This document shows, piece by piece, positions 26,148 to 41,835 of a DNA stretch of 64,000 nucleotides. A program made the translations under genes and the position numbers. Within the stretch, counting starts at the first letter, position 1; each line of letters opens with the position of its first letter. The notes beneath the pieces were generated by a model. The model was not told the DNA's origin. It made no database searches and saw only the letters and a list, made by a program, of their open reading frames with translations. The DNA comes from Eledone cirrhosa (lineage: Eukaryota): contig OZ024743.1 of the NCBI GenBank assembly GCA_964016885.1, positions 34,224,001 through 34,288,000 of the forward strand, given 5' to 3'.

Positions 26148-27886
26148 CATCGTATTTTTTATCGTTCTCGGAGGAGTTAGCATCATGGCGATAGTTTCTG
26201 TTTTCATTCCTTCCTCTCTGGATATTTCTATTTCCAGAGTTAAATATTTGTATAGTTTCTCCATTTTTTGTTGTCTTTTGCTATCATTTTATTATTATTG
26301 TGAAATAAAATAAATCATTATTATTTATAGAGTTACGGCCCTTTATGCTCTGAGTTCAAATCCCGCCGCGGTTAACTTAGTCTTTCATCCTTACGGGGTC
26401 GATAAAATAAAGTACCAGTAATTAACTGAGATAATTGCTGGCCTTGTGCCAATAGTAGAAACAATTATTATTGGTAAAGACTCTGTTGCTTGTTTTTCAT
26501 AATCTTTCTTTAATGTGGTTGCCACTTTTTTACCCCAAACCACCACCACCACCTTGGTATTTAGCAGCTTAGAAGTTCGGTTTATTTTCACACAAAAAAA
26601 AGAAAGAAAAATATCAAAGAGAGAAACACGGTTTCGATGAAGATTTTCATGGTTTTTTTGGCGGTAGTAATGATAAAAACTTACTCGAATGTTCGACAGA
26701 GATCGAGAATGGTCCCCGAAGACGAAGTTAGCTTAAGCTGCCAAACTGATGACGTTGTTTGTATAAACCTGATTGTATTATTCAATGGTGGATTTAAACC
26801 AAAAAATAAATGCCGGGGGACAATTTTCTGATTGCAGACGATATTGCTCAGATCTTTTGATTTATTTTATCCTGTTTTAATCAAGTGGAATATTTTATGC
26901 GTTGCAATAAAGCTGATAATAATCGCCAAAAGAAATTTCCGTTGCAATACATGACATCAGATCTCAAATGAGTCAGTTTACTTCGTAAGATTGTTAGTTT
27001 TCTCTGGTCATGGTTTCAGATCTGATAGCAATGAAACTCATATAGATTGATTTCAAGAAAAATAAACAAAGCCGTACTTATTCTAGTTGTTAACAAATTT
27101 CAAGTCTTAGAGTACCTTTTATATTGCGATCCTGCTGGGGTTAATTGTCCATTAGACTAGATTAGAGTGATAGTGTAGCTAAAACATTAGAACATTGAAC
27201 TAAAGATATTACCATGTCTAGTAAATATATTACTATTTTACTTTCTATGATGTGAGTTCAAATCAAGCTGAGTCAATTCTGCTTGTGTTTTATGTACTGT
27301 ACACATCTCTATAAGAACGGAATTGAATTTAAATAAAAATGCATAATGTACGTAGTTAATAACAAACACAACAGACCCACTCAGCACTGTTCTCTGGTCC
27401 CACTTCCTCTCGAAAAGAAACTCCCTAAATTGTCAGAAACTCATAACTTACATTTATGCAGACAATGTTCTTTATCACATGCTCATGATTTGTATAACAG
27501 CTGTGTCATGGTCTTCTGGAATCAATTAGATGAGTCCCAGATTATTATACTTCCAAAACTTAAACTTTTGTGTTAGTATGAAAGAACAACTTATGGAAAG
27601 TTGAAAATATGAGGTTGTGACATTGATACATTTCCCTTGTATACTTGGGACGTAACATGAATCAACTGACAATCAAACATTCAACGACAATCTTGCGATT
27701 ACAGAAGATGGTCGTTTGTTTTACAGAGTTAGTCACAATTCTTTTACTTGAATGTTGCATTTTGGAGGCGTTGTCAGAGGACAGAAATGATAGAAGGTCG
27801 GACTTTACACTGTTTTTCGCTGCCTTAAATCCTGTAATTGTCCACTTTCCATTTTAGTCGTGTCATGTCGATAAAAGAAACAAGTC

Positions 27887-28135
27887 TTCATCTTCTCTTT
27901 TTTGGCCCACTTATTCCTGAGTGTCGTGGGGGCAGAATCCTCAAACACTCCTTCAATCGGGTCCTGTCAGAAGCAACTGTCTCCAACTGATCTGGCTGGA
28001 TACCCAAGCGTGACCAGCCAAGCTCATGGATGTTGTCCAACCATCTTGCTGGGAGTCTACCCCTGGGTCTCTTGCCGGTTGGTTTTGCCCGTAAAATCTG
28101 TCCAGCGATTCTTTCACAAGACTTTCTAACCATGC
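27887..28135 (-). mobile_element. RTE-type LINE 3' fragment
   Basis: Peptide QILRAKPTGKRPRGRLPARWLDNI...ASDRTRLK, a typical RTE ORF C-terminus. Confidence 0.7.
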
Positions 28136-28524
28136 CCATCAAGAAATAACAGTAATATACAGAATTAATTAGGCCTAAACTCTTACCAAAGTTGGCTATG
28201 TAAAAAAATAATCGAAAAAGAAAAACAATATGTATTCCATTGCAAACATCGCCAAAACATAAAAGAAAGGACAAGTTCATATAGTATTGCTACCAACTAC
28301 AAAATGGAAATAGTTAATTGATTGTTTTTTTTTACTGAATTTCTTTTTCACGACTCCTCTCTCTCTCTCTCTCTCTCTCTCATTTCATTATATTTAAAAC
28401 ATTACCACACCAAATACTATACAACCTATTGAAGCAGACGATGCATTTATATCGTTTCGTCTAGGAAAAAAAAAGCCTAGCAGACGATATGCAAGTTTAA
28501 ATACTCCGTTATTACTCGTATTTG

Positions 28525-28626
<102 letters not shown>

Positions 28627-29389
28627 TACACAAACACTTTCTCAATCTCTCTCTCTCTCGCTCCTTCTCTCCTTCTCTTTCTCTCTCAATCTCTCTATCT
28701 CACTCTCTCTCAATCTTATTTTTTTCTTTATTTTATTAATTCCTAATGGCGAAATCTAATACAATGTTCTTACTTCATATTATTTATCTTCAATTCTTTG
28801 TTGATTTCTATTCTCTTTTTTTGTTATTTTATTTTCTGTTACTTCGGTGAGGTGTTTTAGCAGCGTTTGTTTCTTTTTTGTTAATGAATTCCTCGACGTA
28901 AATATATCGATTGTAGCGAAGCATCATTCTTTTAAGGAGACGGAATGTCTGAAAAGAACTTATTACTTCAGAAATGGAACTATTTTTCCTGCTAGTTATG
29001 TAGATGTTATGTGAGTCATCTTTGCTTGTTGTGTTGTGTTGGCGTGGCTGTTTGGTGGCGAACGTGATGATAGTGGTGGTGGTGGTGGTAATGTTGATGA
29101 AGTTGATGCTGATAGCTATGGTGATATAGGTGACAGTGGCATGTTACTGGTGAAGCTGCTGGTGATGGTTGTGTGAGGGTGGTAATAGTGAGCGAAGGTT
29201 ATGTGTCTTGGTGTCTAAGATGTGGTTGCGGTGATTATGATGATGATGTATCCTTGGTGTAACTTTAATATGACACAGTTGACTTGGCTGTGATAGAGAT
29301 ATAGCTTTGGTAGTGTGTTTTAGATGAGTAGAAAGGGTGTGTCTTTATTTTCTGGTGGTAGTGACGCTATGTTTTTTATGTGATGATAA

Positions 29390-29958
29390 TAATTATTTCT
29401 ACTTTTGGCACAAGGCCAGCAATTACTTCAGTGCATTACAGATGCTTAATTTTATCGACTCCGTAAGGATAAAGGGCAAAGTTATCCTCGGCCGGATTTG
29501 ATCTCAAAACGTAAAGAGCCATAACTCTATGCTGCAAAGCATGGTGCCTGACGCTCCTCCGATACTGCCAACCCTCTATGTGGTGGTAATAATTGTTTCT
29601 ACTTTTTGGCACAAGGCCAACAATTATCCAGTACATTACTGGTACTTTATTTTATAAAGGCAAAGTTAACCTCGGCGGGATTTGAACACAGACCGTAAAG
29701 GGTCGTAACTCTATGCTGAAAAGCATAGCGTCCGACTCTCTACCGATACTGCGGTAATAATGGTTTCTTATTTAGGCACAAGGCCAGCAATTTGGGGGAG
29801 GGGGAAATTGATTAAATCGACCCAGTGCGTGACTGGTACTTTATTTTATCGACCCCGTAAGGATGAAAGGCAAAGTTAACCTCGGCGGGATTTGAACTCA
29901 GATCATAAAGGGCCGTAACTCTATGCTGAAAAGCATGGCGTTCGACCCTCTAACGATA
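29390..29958 (-). mobile_element. Three head-to-tail major tRNA-SINE copies
   Basis: Three successive ...ggcacaaggcc...aaggcaaagtt...ctctaccgatactg units. Confidence 0.85.
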
Positions 29959-30236
29959 TGTGTGTTTTAGTGTCCTGATACGGTGTCTTTGATATAGTGG
30001 TGGTTATGGGAGTGGTGGTGATGGTGGTGGTAACATATCACTGTGGCCATGAAGGTGGAGTTATTTTGGTGCGGTGTTGAAAGGCGCGGTACTTTTAGTA
30101 TAGCGGGGAACTTTAATATGGCGAGCAGTGATATGTGTTTCAGGTGTTGATGTCTTTTGTGTTTTGTTGGTCATGTTGGTGGGATTAAATTTGGTGTCAA
30201 GGGTGAGATGAAGGTAGCTATCATGGTGGTAGAAGG

Positions 30237-30478
30237 CGCATGGCTTAGTGGTTAGAGCATTGGGCTTGCAATCGAAAGGTTGTGAGTTCAATTCTCGCAC
30301 CGGGTGATGTGTTTTTACCTTAAGCAAGACACTTTATTTCATGTTGCTCCAGTTTACTCAGCTGAAGAAATGAGGCGATAGGACTGGGGTCCCTATCATT
30401 AAATTACCCAAGACACCTCCAACGAGATATACCTTGGAGGAGGCCAGCTAAACCTGCATAGGTGTGAGCTGTCACACA
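30237..30478 (+). mobile_element. tRNA-derived SINE of a second family, with 15-bp target-site duplication
   Basis: Head cgcatggcttagtggttagagc...gagttcaattc; flanked by catggtggtagaagg at 30222-30236 and 30479-30493. Confidence 0.8.
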
Positions 30479-30753
30479 CATGGTGGTAGAAGGATTGCCG
30501 AGGTTTGTGTTGGTGGTTCTTTAGTGTGTTGACGTCTCTTTGTTGTTATGATGGTGTTATGTTAATAGCAGTAAAAATAAATCAAGTCTATCAGACGGTA
30601 TTGATAACAGTTATCTTTTGTTGGTGTTGTTGTTGTTTTGCAGCTGGTCAGCCTTGGTCAAACAAAGGTATGGTGAAAGGGTAGAATAATGAACTTCGGG
30701 GAAGATTTGGCTGCTATATTTAACAGGTCTAAAAGTATTTTTAGTAATAGTAT

Positions 30754-30875
<122 letters not shown>

Positions 30876-30886
30876 TCAGCAGCAGC

Positions 30887-30918
<32 letters not shown>

Positions 30919-31142
30919 TGGTAGCTGTAGCAGTAATAGTAGTAGTAGTAGCAGTATTAGTAGTAGTAGTAGTAGTAGTAGTAGCAGTAGTAGTAGTAGT
31001 AGTTTCTTTATTATGGGGGTGATAATTGTTATGTTGGTATACAGCGGTGATAGCGGCGGGGTTGTTATAAGGGTTATAGGTGTCAACGTCCTCTTTTACA
31101 GACCTTGACCCAATGGATATCGTAGTAGTAGTGGTGATAAAC

Positions 31143-31204
<62 letters not shown>

Positions 31205-31295
31205 ATCCACAAGCACGCACATATACACTCAACACACACGCATACATATATATCCATATAGGCAGATAGAGAGTGGAGAGTACAGAGAGAAGGAG

Positions 31296-31389
<94 letters not shown>

Positions 31390-31479
31390 TTGGCCTCTTT
31401 CTGTCACGAGAGACGATGGTTGAACCAAGAATTTATTCATTGCCGGGTGTGCTGCATTTCTGCTGTGGCTGTGTAGGCC

Positions 31480-32240
31480 GATGCTGGAGTAACAGTCTCT
31501 ACTGTATGGGGGGGGGGGGGGGGACAGATAATATAGGCAGATGCTACTTGCATTACAGAAGTGGACTTGCAGGAGGCCTTTTTTTTCTCCTCAGCGACTC
31601 GATATGATATTTCTCGGTTTGCTTCGCGCCCCTCTGAATAGAGCTTTTCCAGAATACACGTGAGTTCGCAAGAATTTCCCAGGACTACACATCAATTCCT
31701 GTTTTTTTCAGGTTTCGTTTGACTACATCTTTAAATCTCAGCCGGGTACGACCAAGAGGCCTAGATGACACTGATAGTTCGCCGTGCAGCAGGTTTTTAG
31801 GAATGCGCCGTTATCCATTTGGCGAATATGACTGAACTAGCGAAGACGGCGTTGGCTCACAAGGGAGAAGACAGTTGGTAAGCCTGCACGATCAAGTACT
31901 TCAGTACTGCCAATGGATTCCAAGAATGCGTCTGAGGTAACGGAGATGAAAACTGTTCAGTTTCCTCTCTTGGGCGGAATATGATTTCCATGTTTCACTA
32001 GTGTAGAGTACAGTGTATAGAACGCAAGTTCTGTACAGTCGCATCTTGGTGTTTTCTGTCAAGATATTGTTTGTCGATATCCTCTTGTGAAGTTTTGAAA
32101 TGACCCCCGGCCCTCGCAATTCTTGAATTGATCTCTGGATCAAGAGAAAGATTTGGGGTTATTGTAAACCCCAGACACTGAAAACAGTGAACGTCGTTGA
32201 GCTCGTGACTTCTGATGTCGATGTACAGTACTCCATCACT
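31480..32240 (-). mobile_element. RTE-type LINE 3' fragment (decayed)
   Basis: LTENTKMRLYRTCVLYTVLYTSETW...LNSFHLRYLRRILGIHWQ, and a downstream RPLGRTRL-like motif. Confidence 0.8.
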
Positions 32241-32492
32241 ATCGTTTCCTTAGGGTTAATAATTGTTTCTACTTTTTGCACAAGGCCAGCAATTACCCAG
32301 TACATTACTGGTACTTTATTTTATCGACCCCGTAAGGACGAAAGGCAAAGTTAACCTCGACGGGATTTGAACTTAGGCCAAATTCGTTCAGCCGTCGGAG
32401 TCCCAAATATTTCATATTACCCACTCTACTACCCCAGCTATCAAATACCCTGGTGAGTAATGGTCTAACTGGAATTTACTGCATCCATTTTG

Positions 32493-32780
<288 letters not shown>

Positions 32781-33258
32781 TTGCAAGGTGCCCGTAAAAT
32801 CACGCTATTTTTAAAACACTAGCCCAACTAAATGGAAACCACAAAAACCCACTTAATATGAAGTCACGACATTGTATTCATTAACTAGTTCGGGAGTTGT
32901 GTTATACTTTCAAAAAATGTTGTTGCATGTTTAGAGTGGCTGTTATTTTTAGAATATGTTGTAATATACCAACAACCTTTTTTGTCGTAACTGTTGGCAT
33001 GTTTGTAAAATTCTGGATTATATGTTATTTTTAGAATATGATATTATGCTCTACAACCTTCCATTATGCCTGTTGGTGTATAAAGAAAGATTTATTTTAT
33101 GTACAAGTCAGTTGTAATCATTTACTTTTGGACAAGCAATATACAAATATTCTAACAGCAAGCAAACTCACTTATGAATCGTTTGCTGTTATGTGTTCAG
33201 TATACTTTTGTTGTTGTTATTCTAGTTAATATATATATATATGTGTATATATATATGT

Positions 33259-33356
<98 letters not shown>

Positions 33357-33599
33357 TGTAAAACCAGTCACAAACATATACAAATAAGACAGAAACACAA
33401 AACACACGATACGCACATTACATGCAAGCCATGACCTTAATTCCTTCCTTCCATCAGATACGAGGAAAGTAATAGGGAAAACTGAAACGCAGACAGCCAC
33501 AGGGCCCGATGAAATCACAAACATATACCTAAAATACTAGGTTGCTTGAAGGAATCATTGCACTCACTGAACATTTTTACATCTATTTCTCCCAACATT

Positions 33600-34700
33600 A
33601 TCAAATCACCAGTATTTGAGAAACTGGACAATTTCCAACTAAATACAGTAACCTTCCATTCACACCCTAAACATATTTTAGAAATACTCGTGCTTGATAA
33701 CACCGGCTCATATATTAACCTTTCCAACTCTCAACATGGATTTAGACTACTGCACCCAATAAATTCCTCACTCGATTTAGCGAAGAAGTCTTTGCTGAAA
33801 TATTATCAAAATATATTTTTAACTTCACTGTACTATTATAATACTTGATGATGAATCTGGTCGATCAAGTTTGACCTGGATCTACACAACAATAGCTAGA
33901 TTACCACCAAACCTTACATAATCAACGTATGATAGTTCCATTAAAACTCTGTTGGCACTATCATAGACATTTTAAAATTAATTATCCGCCACGCTCTTTT
34001 AAACAAAATATTAAGACATAACTCAAGTTTTTGACTAGCGAACTATCTTTCAGACCCCTCATAGAGCATGATATCAGCAAAATTTGAATCTAATTTCCCG
34101 AACAGTGTACTATAAGAATCTGCTCCCTAACCGAAAACATACACATAACCTCATATGTAATCGAAGTTACAGTCAGGACCACCCACCATTCTTCAGTTCT
34201 GGCCCCACAATTACTCCAACTGCACACCTAGATTAGAAAGCTATCACAAATATATATATTTCTTTATATAGGTTAAATATACCTCAGTAAGGAAGATTCT
34301 ACTTGATCAATAGACATCGCAGTCAAATATCATCTCAATCACGCTCAACCGTTTAAAAGGATGAAGCATACATTGGATAATGTACTTCTGAATGCTTCTG
34401 ATAATACATCTGGTAAATCAGGGCTAACCTAGGGCTAAACAAAAATCACAATTATCTCAGTTCATATTAGCAACACTAAATAACATCAAATAAACACAAT
34501 AACATTCAACAACACACCATGTACACAGAAGGCAAATATTTTAGAGCTCATTCACAGACGCCAGGTTTCACAATGGAACAATAACATTGGTGTCCAATAC
34601 CAAAAGCTAGTAGTATACTAGTGTTGATTAAATCCATCATGGATTATGTATGTAGTCAATGAACCCAGAGCTGTCACCTTGGTATTTAGCGTCCTAAGCT
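33600..34700 (+). mobile_element. Heavily decayed LINE RT remnant
   Basis: LSNSQHGFR motif at ~33720 and A/C-rich LINE-like composition; many stop codons. Confidence 0.45.
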
Positions 34701-35749
34701 AGCTTTAAAATGTATGTCACTTTCTCAGTTATACGCCCCATACTCCCAACAAAAGGAAATTCAACTTGCAATTCGGTAGGATTATCAACCTAGTTTTTTA
34801 TACTTCTTGTTCTGACCACACTAAGAAAATTAATAAGTCTATAGTTTTCACTACTCAGTCTAAACTTATCTACACGATAATGATGATACCACACGAAACT
34901 CTCCACCGCTTTGGATATTTCTACAACGCTGCTACGCCTCAAAGATGTTTAGCGATGTATTTATTGATCACAGGAAATCATTATATATTTTATTTAATTA
35001 TACAAATTTGTATAAGACTGTGTTCCTTTAAGGTTCAGTAATGCACTTCTAATGTCTGCACCCTTGATCGCTGCTTAGTTTGCCTTAATGGTAGCACCGT
35101 TCTTGCCCGAACCTCTACTTTTTATGCGACAAAGATCAGAATAGAAGAGTACATCACAGGGTGCACATAAACCACACCCAACAACTACTTCAATACATTC
35201 CTAGAAATGTTTTCTTTCCCACTCAGTCCAGACAAACACAAAAAAGAACTCGTGGGAAGCACATAACCAAAGACAGGTGCAGAGGAACAGCAACTCCCAT
35301 TCTCCAACAGAGTCTATTTTGCTTACATCCACTGCGACCAACATCAGAAAAACAAGGGTGTATCTACGTGGACTTCCAGACTGCAAAAAATAGCAGCCAA
35401 ACTCCCTTTCTTCAATCTAGACCCTACTGTTTAAAAGTGGTGAGATTGGATAACATATTGCCTAGATAAATACAGGATATTCATGGCTTGAATGTTTTTT
35501 TTTTCTTTATTATAAGTGATTTATTTCGATTTTTCTTTCATCTGCAAACATTTTTTTGTAAACATGCAGACATTTCTCGCAATAGTCAATTGATTGTTTC
35601 TATATTTGGCACAAGGCCAGCAATTATTCCAGTGTATTACTGGTACTTTATTTTATCGACTCCTTAAGGAATAAAGAAAAGTTAAAAGAAGAGCCTATAT
35701 TGATAATTGCGGTAGAGAAGGTAATGGTAACGACAGTAATATAACACCA

Positions 35750-36042
35750 ACAATGACATTTTGTCAACATCATTGAAGACTGGAATGAGTGGAACCTGAA
35801 AAGCTTACTGGAAAAGAAGAAGCAATTTGCGAGATATGTCACAATGGCAGACCTACTAAGCTCTAAAAACCCAAACGAGGAGTACCATGAAACAAAGTGG
35901 CCCAAAACGGGGAGAAATTAGACAAAATGGGGAGATTTTACATAATGAGAGCTATACCCATTTTCACAAGAGAAGACATCTCCCATTTACCCCAAAGTGG
36001 GTGGGAAATCTCCCCGTCCGACGGGGAGAGTTGACATGTCTG
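35750..36042 (+). mobile_element. DNA transposon end (hAT-like)
   Basis: Repeated ggggaga subterminal motifs ending in ggggagagttgacatgtctg, a CAG-terminated TIR-like end. Confidence 0.4.
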
Positions 36043-37989
36043 CAATAGACAAGAACACTTTGCCAGAAAATTTCATTGAGTAGGGGACATATTTCTGTTT
36101 CACCAAGAAGAAAGAAGAGCTTTAACATGCCCCTGGAAAAGGGTCTAGCTAACGTGAGGCTGGAGAAATGCAGACCAGTAAATCTGTTGCAGAAAATAGA
36201 AGATAAGAAACAGGGAGGATGAGGGGAAGAGGCGGATAGTAGTAGTAGTAGTAGTAGGAGGAGGAGGAGGAGGAGGAGGAGAAGGGATAAGGATAAGGAA
36301 GAAGGGGAGCAGGTGAAGACATGTTTGGTGCTTGTGTGATACACACCTACCCTCAAATTGCTATCACAGTATATGGGGAGACAACATACGATAGTGAAAG
36401 TTACTGAGATGGTTGAAACGTGGACCCTGATTGATCGTGATTTTGTCGAAGCTGTACATGGAGTGATATTGTATAAAGTTTGGGTCGAGATTCCGATTAA
36501 ATTTCAAAATGTTAGAATCCCCTAATAACCACAGGATATAATCCATCGTGTGTTCTGTCCTAAAATTTGTTATACTGGTAGCACGATGAAGAAAGACCAA
36601 AGGCTGCTTTTGTGGTAGCAAACCCCTACTCATTGAGTTTAGTCTAGTAAAAGGAAATTAGAAGAGAAAGATAGATGCGGACTACAGTAGACACACCAGC
36701 TGAAATTTTATGATAGGAAACCACCGGATCGTACTATTTATTCGGATTGAACCTGGCAGCCTTGCCTTGGGGGACCGGAGGTGGCAGAAAAATTATTACA
36801 TAACCGTTTTTCAGTACTCTCAGAATTAGTAACCGCGAAGGTAGGGTCCTAAGTAATTGTTTCTACTTTTGGCACAAGGCCAGCAATTATCCCAGTGTAT
36901 TAATGGTACTTTATTTTATCGACCCTGTAAGGATGAAAGACAAAGTTAACCTTGGCGGGATTTGAACTCAGACCATAAAGGTCTGAGGGCCGTAACTTTT
37001 TGCAGCAAAGTATGGCGTCCGACCCTCTACCGATACTGCCAATCCATTTCACAAGGCTAACATTTTCTGTGGGAAGAAGAAAGTCGATTATAGAACAGCT
37101 GCTATGTAGCGTATTTATCTAACATAAGCTTGACTGTCCTGCAGCTCAGGATCAAACCAGATTGAAATTAGGGATTAACATCAAGAATGTTGTCAAGTAG
37201 TCGATTCACTACGCCAGATGTTCCATGCGCTTAGTGGAAAGTCACATTCTATAGAGGGTTAATGGAACATCAACGATGATGGCTTGGGAGCAATTCTGCA
37301 CGTCGACGAGAATAGTTCGAGCAGCCGTTTCCAGAGAGCTTTCAGGTTAGGTATCATAATAATTTCCAAACGTCCATGTCATAGCAGTGCTATAGAGTGA
37401 CTTCGTCTATTCGGGTTGAACTTTGGAGTAGCTCCAAGCGAACTTGTTCGAGATATGCATCGGGTGATCAAACCGTATGACAGCAATCACCCTGTTTCCA
37501 TGCATTGCTGATTTGTAGGTTGATGTTATGGAGAAGGGATCAAGCTATCAACGCAAGGAATAGCGGATAATCGTCCTCTGTCATGTAACTATAGAGCAGA
37601 ATGTGGTAAGATAGTCACGATTTAAAAGTTTGGGGAAGGTCAGAGAATATGCATGTATCAACATTTTCAAAAGCACTACGTGATGAAACATATAACAGTA
37701 TAGAGGGTGATGCAGTCCTGCAATGTGTTTTATCAAAAGCGGGTGAAACCTGAATATTTGAAGAGGTTAAATGAATCTACTCTGTCACAGCTTATCTAAA
37801 AAAGGAGGAAAGAACTTGAGAAAGGGCATTTTCAATGTCTTTTGTGTGGCTGTTTATTCAGGACATTGTGTGGGGCTTTGATAGCATTTTATTGCTATAA
37901 CTACTGTTTTGTTGATTTTGTCTCCTGTTACTCGACGTGAAAACCCTATTATATTACATTCCTCCTTATATTCAATTCTCTTCAACCAC

Positions 37990-38650
37990 TGCCAATAAAA
38001 TAAAGTACCAGTATCGTACTGGTGCGATTTAATCGACCCCCCCCCCCATACACACACACCTAAAATTGTTGGCCTTGTGCCTAAATCAGAAACCATTATT
38101 ATTATTATTAGGGCGGTGGATTGGCAGTATCGGTAGAGGGTCGGACGCCATGCTTTAACGCATAGAGTTACGGCCCTTGCCATTCTGAGTTCAAATCCCG
38201 CCGAGGTTAACTTTGCCTTTCATCCTTACAGGGTCGATAAAATAAATTACCAGTAATGTTCTGGGTAATTACTGGCCTTGTGCCAAAAGTAGAAACAATT
38301 ATTATTATTAGGGAGGTGGATTGGCTGAGTCGTTAGAGCGTCAAACAAAAAGCTTTGTGATATATAGTTACGGCCCTTTACGTTCTGAGTTCAAATCACG
38401 CCGAGGTTAGCTTTGGCTTTCATCCTTATGGAGTTGATAAAATAGAGTACCAGTAACGCACTGGGGATTATTTAATCTACTTTCCCTTCTCTCTAAATTG
38501 TTGGCCTTGTGCCTAAATCAGAAACCATTGAGGTTAACTTTGCCTTTCATCCTTAAGGGGTCGATAAAATAAAGTACCAGGCAGGCGCTGGGGTCGATTT
38601 AATCGACTCCCCCCCCCCCCATTGCTGGCCTTGTGCCTATTTAAGAAACG
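37990..38650. mobile_element. Cluster of four major tRNA-SINE copies or fragments
   Basis: One minus-strand tail followed by three plus-strand copies sharing the family core. Confidence 0.85.
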
Positions 38651-38752
38651 ATCATCATCATCATCATGATGCCAACAGTAAGAATAACAATAATATAAAT
38701 AATTAGTCGAAAACAACATACTCTCAGGCTCTTTCTCGTCCCCTATCCTCCT

Positions 38753-38809
<57 letters not shown>

Positions 38810-39031
38810 ATTTATATATATATATATATATATTGTATTTATATATATATATAGTGTATTTATATATATATATATATATTGTATTTATATATATATATAG
38901 TGTATTTATATATATATATATATAGTGTATTTATATATATATATATATATAGTGTATTTATATATATATATATATAGTGTATTTATATATATATATATAT
39001 AGTGTATTTATATATATATATATATATAGTG

Positions 39032-39075
<44 letters not shown>

Positions 39076-39101
39076 TATTTATATTGTATGTATATATATT
39101 G

Positions 39102-39146
<45 letters not shown>

Positions 39147-39300
39147 TGTATTTATATATATATATATATTGTATTTATATATATATATAAATACAATATT
39201 TTCTTTAAAATAAGGAGCCGTGTTTGGCCAAGATGAACGGAAATAACGAGGAATTATCTAATAATGAATAATTTCCCTGATAATATATATATTAACATAT

Positions 39301-39374
<74 letters not shown>

Positions 39375-39377
39375 CAC

Positions 39378-39556
39378 CCGAATAAAAACATATGAGTATG
39401 GAATTTCAAAGAATCTTGGCTATCAAATCACCGAAGGCTGCAAACACTGTTGATGTTGATCGCAGTATCATCATCGGCAATTTTAAACGAATTCAAAGTG
39501 CTGCGGTCAGACAACAGAGTGCAGAGAGGCTTACAGTATAAACAAACTTGTATTAT
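39378..39556 (-). other. Candidate spliced exon (179 nt, probably UTR or non-coding)
   Basis: Unique sequence between microsatellites; acceptor tgcttttcag| and donor CGG|GTGAGT; no frame is fully open. Confidence 0.4.
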
Positions 39557-39670
39557 CTGAAAAGCACTGAAAGTGTGTTTACTGAAATCACATACCCAAA
39601 ACAGTGCGGTTTACCTAATGCCTCATTTACGCAGAACTCTAATAATAAGGATACAAGCAGGTATGTATAC

Positions 39671-39780
<110 letters not shown>

Positions 39781-40414
39781 ATATATATATATGGTGGCTG
39801 CCAACTCGTTTTCGAGTGCGGCCACTACTTTATATCCATGTAGGAGAACCCCTACTGATGCGCTGAACAAGTATGACATTTTAGTCCAGCCAGCGACTTG
39901 AAAACTCTGGTACAAACACTGCACTTGTGACAATTATTGACACATAGTGCTGGGCCCATGGTACCATGTGACGACAAGTGCAGAGAGATCTCCAGATATA
40001 AAGTAATGCCTGTGCCGTGAAGCTTTTATAGTGAGCAAAGGCACTGCACAAAGCCAGTCCCTCTCTCTTAACCAATATGATATTTACCAAAAAGAAGAAC
40101 AAGTCAACATCATTGGATACCATCAGGGTTGCAGGTGTTATATCAGAGTTTTCCTTCTCCTAGAATTCTGCCTTGACAAAGGCTAAGAGGTCATCTCTCC
40201 CGGTGATTTTGGATGGCCATTGACTCTTATGAGCTCCTTTTCCCTTTGACAGGTTTTGTTTTTAGTCCTGCAGGATGTCCAAAGTCACCCTCCTCACGAA
40301 GAAACTTTGGTGGGGTTGCCAGTTTAGTCGCCAATGACCCGACCATGAGACAGGTTGTACTGGGATACATGTTACCAGTAGCACCAACTGGTGACCTGAC
40401 ATATATATATATAA

Positions 40415-41400
40415 ACAATTTCATCAAACACAGAAACATAAAAATCTTTGCAGATGATTCCAAGCTCCAGGTCATCAATGGACCGGGTGACTGGACATAC
40501 CTTCAATCAGTTCTACTTGCTTTTATCCAACGGGCGGAAAGAACAATATGCTGCTGAACGAGGATAAATTTGAATTAATCCACTTTGGGAAAGAGGATGT
40601 ACTGAAACTCTCACATGAAACTCTCGTGGCATCCAACAACATCAGCGACTTGGGAGTAATTATTGATAACAACATAAGTTGGGCCAGTCATATAAACAGC
40701 AGAGATGACACGACCCACAGGATGTGTTCCTGGATTCTCAGAACCTTCCGGTAGGGAGATATCCACACCATTATCCTTCTCTTCTTTACTTTTGCCCGAC
40801 CCCACCTTGAATACTGTTGTCGACTGTGGTCTCGCTACACGAATTGAAAATTGAAGCAACTCAATGGTCAATCACGAAAAGAAAAAAAAGGAATAGACTG
40901 CATGACAGGCCTAGATTATTGGGGTCGACTAGAAAAGTTCAAACTCTATTCTCTCCAACGACGCCGTGAGCGCTACATTATCTGGATTATGTGGAAAATA
41001 TTCCATCAGCATTGCCTAAATGATGTTGGCATCACCTTTAAACTACACCCAAGTCTTGTGCCCCGTGCTATCCGCCCACAACAAAAATAAAGCTCGCATC
41101 TCATAACAACATTATGGCACAATTATTTCACCTCAATTGACTCCGCTCTCTTTAACATTACACCAAAACACATTAAAACAGAAACAGACTCCATAAAGTT
41201 CAAGAAGGTTTTGGACAAATTCCGCCAAGTTATCCAGGATAAACCTCCTACATGCGGATATGTCTCCGTACACAATAACTCTCTACTTGAGTGGGTTATG
41301 TTGTCCAAATCCTGATTTGAAAGACTTCGCCAGGTGGTGCTATTAAGTTAGACATGGCCTGGGCTGATACTGACCGAAACCCATCAAAGTTATCAAGGTT
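40415..41400 (+). mobile_element. CR1-group LINE 3' fragment
   Basis: IKIFADDSKL, LNEDKFELIHFG, RPHLEYC, LDYWGRLEKFKLYSLQRRRERY across frameshifts. Confidence 0.85.
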
Positions 41401-41607
41401 ACAAACATATCTAATTTCTTCCTGGGAAGGATAGAGTGTGAGAAAAGAGTGAGTAAGGGATCGACTGGTAACTTTTTATCGACCTCGAAAGGATGAATGT
41501 AAAGATGAACATCCAGGAATGGAAGAGCCGGAACGAATAGCGCCTAGCATTTTTATTTGGCGTTCTAATGACTGCTAATTCACCGCATATACACATATAA
41601 TATATAC

Positions 41608-41670
<63 letters not shown>

Positions 41671-41835
41671 CCTCGATATGAATACCCCCTCCGCCTCCGT
41701 GGTATTTTCTTCGTGGTTATAAGAGGCTTAGCTCTGTTTCTCGACCGTTATATCGCGTGACTATCTCCCCCTCCGCCTTTTGGGATTCTTTCTCACGTCG
41801 TGTAGACGCGTTCTTGAGACTAGTAAAATGAGGTA

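Noticed and set aside
37050-37800. Possible decayed LINE RT on the minus strand (AFDK-like motif)
   Set aside because: Too degraded to support by eye; needs a translated search against repeat proteins.
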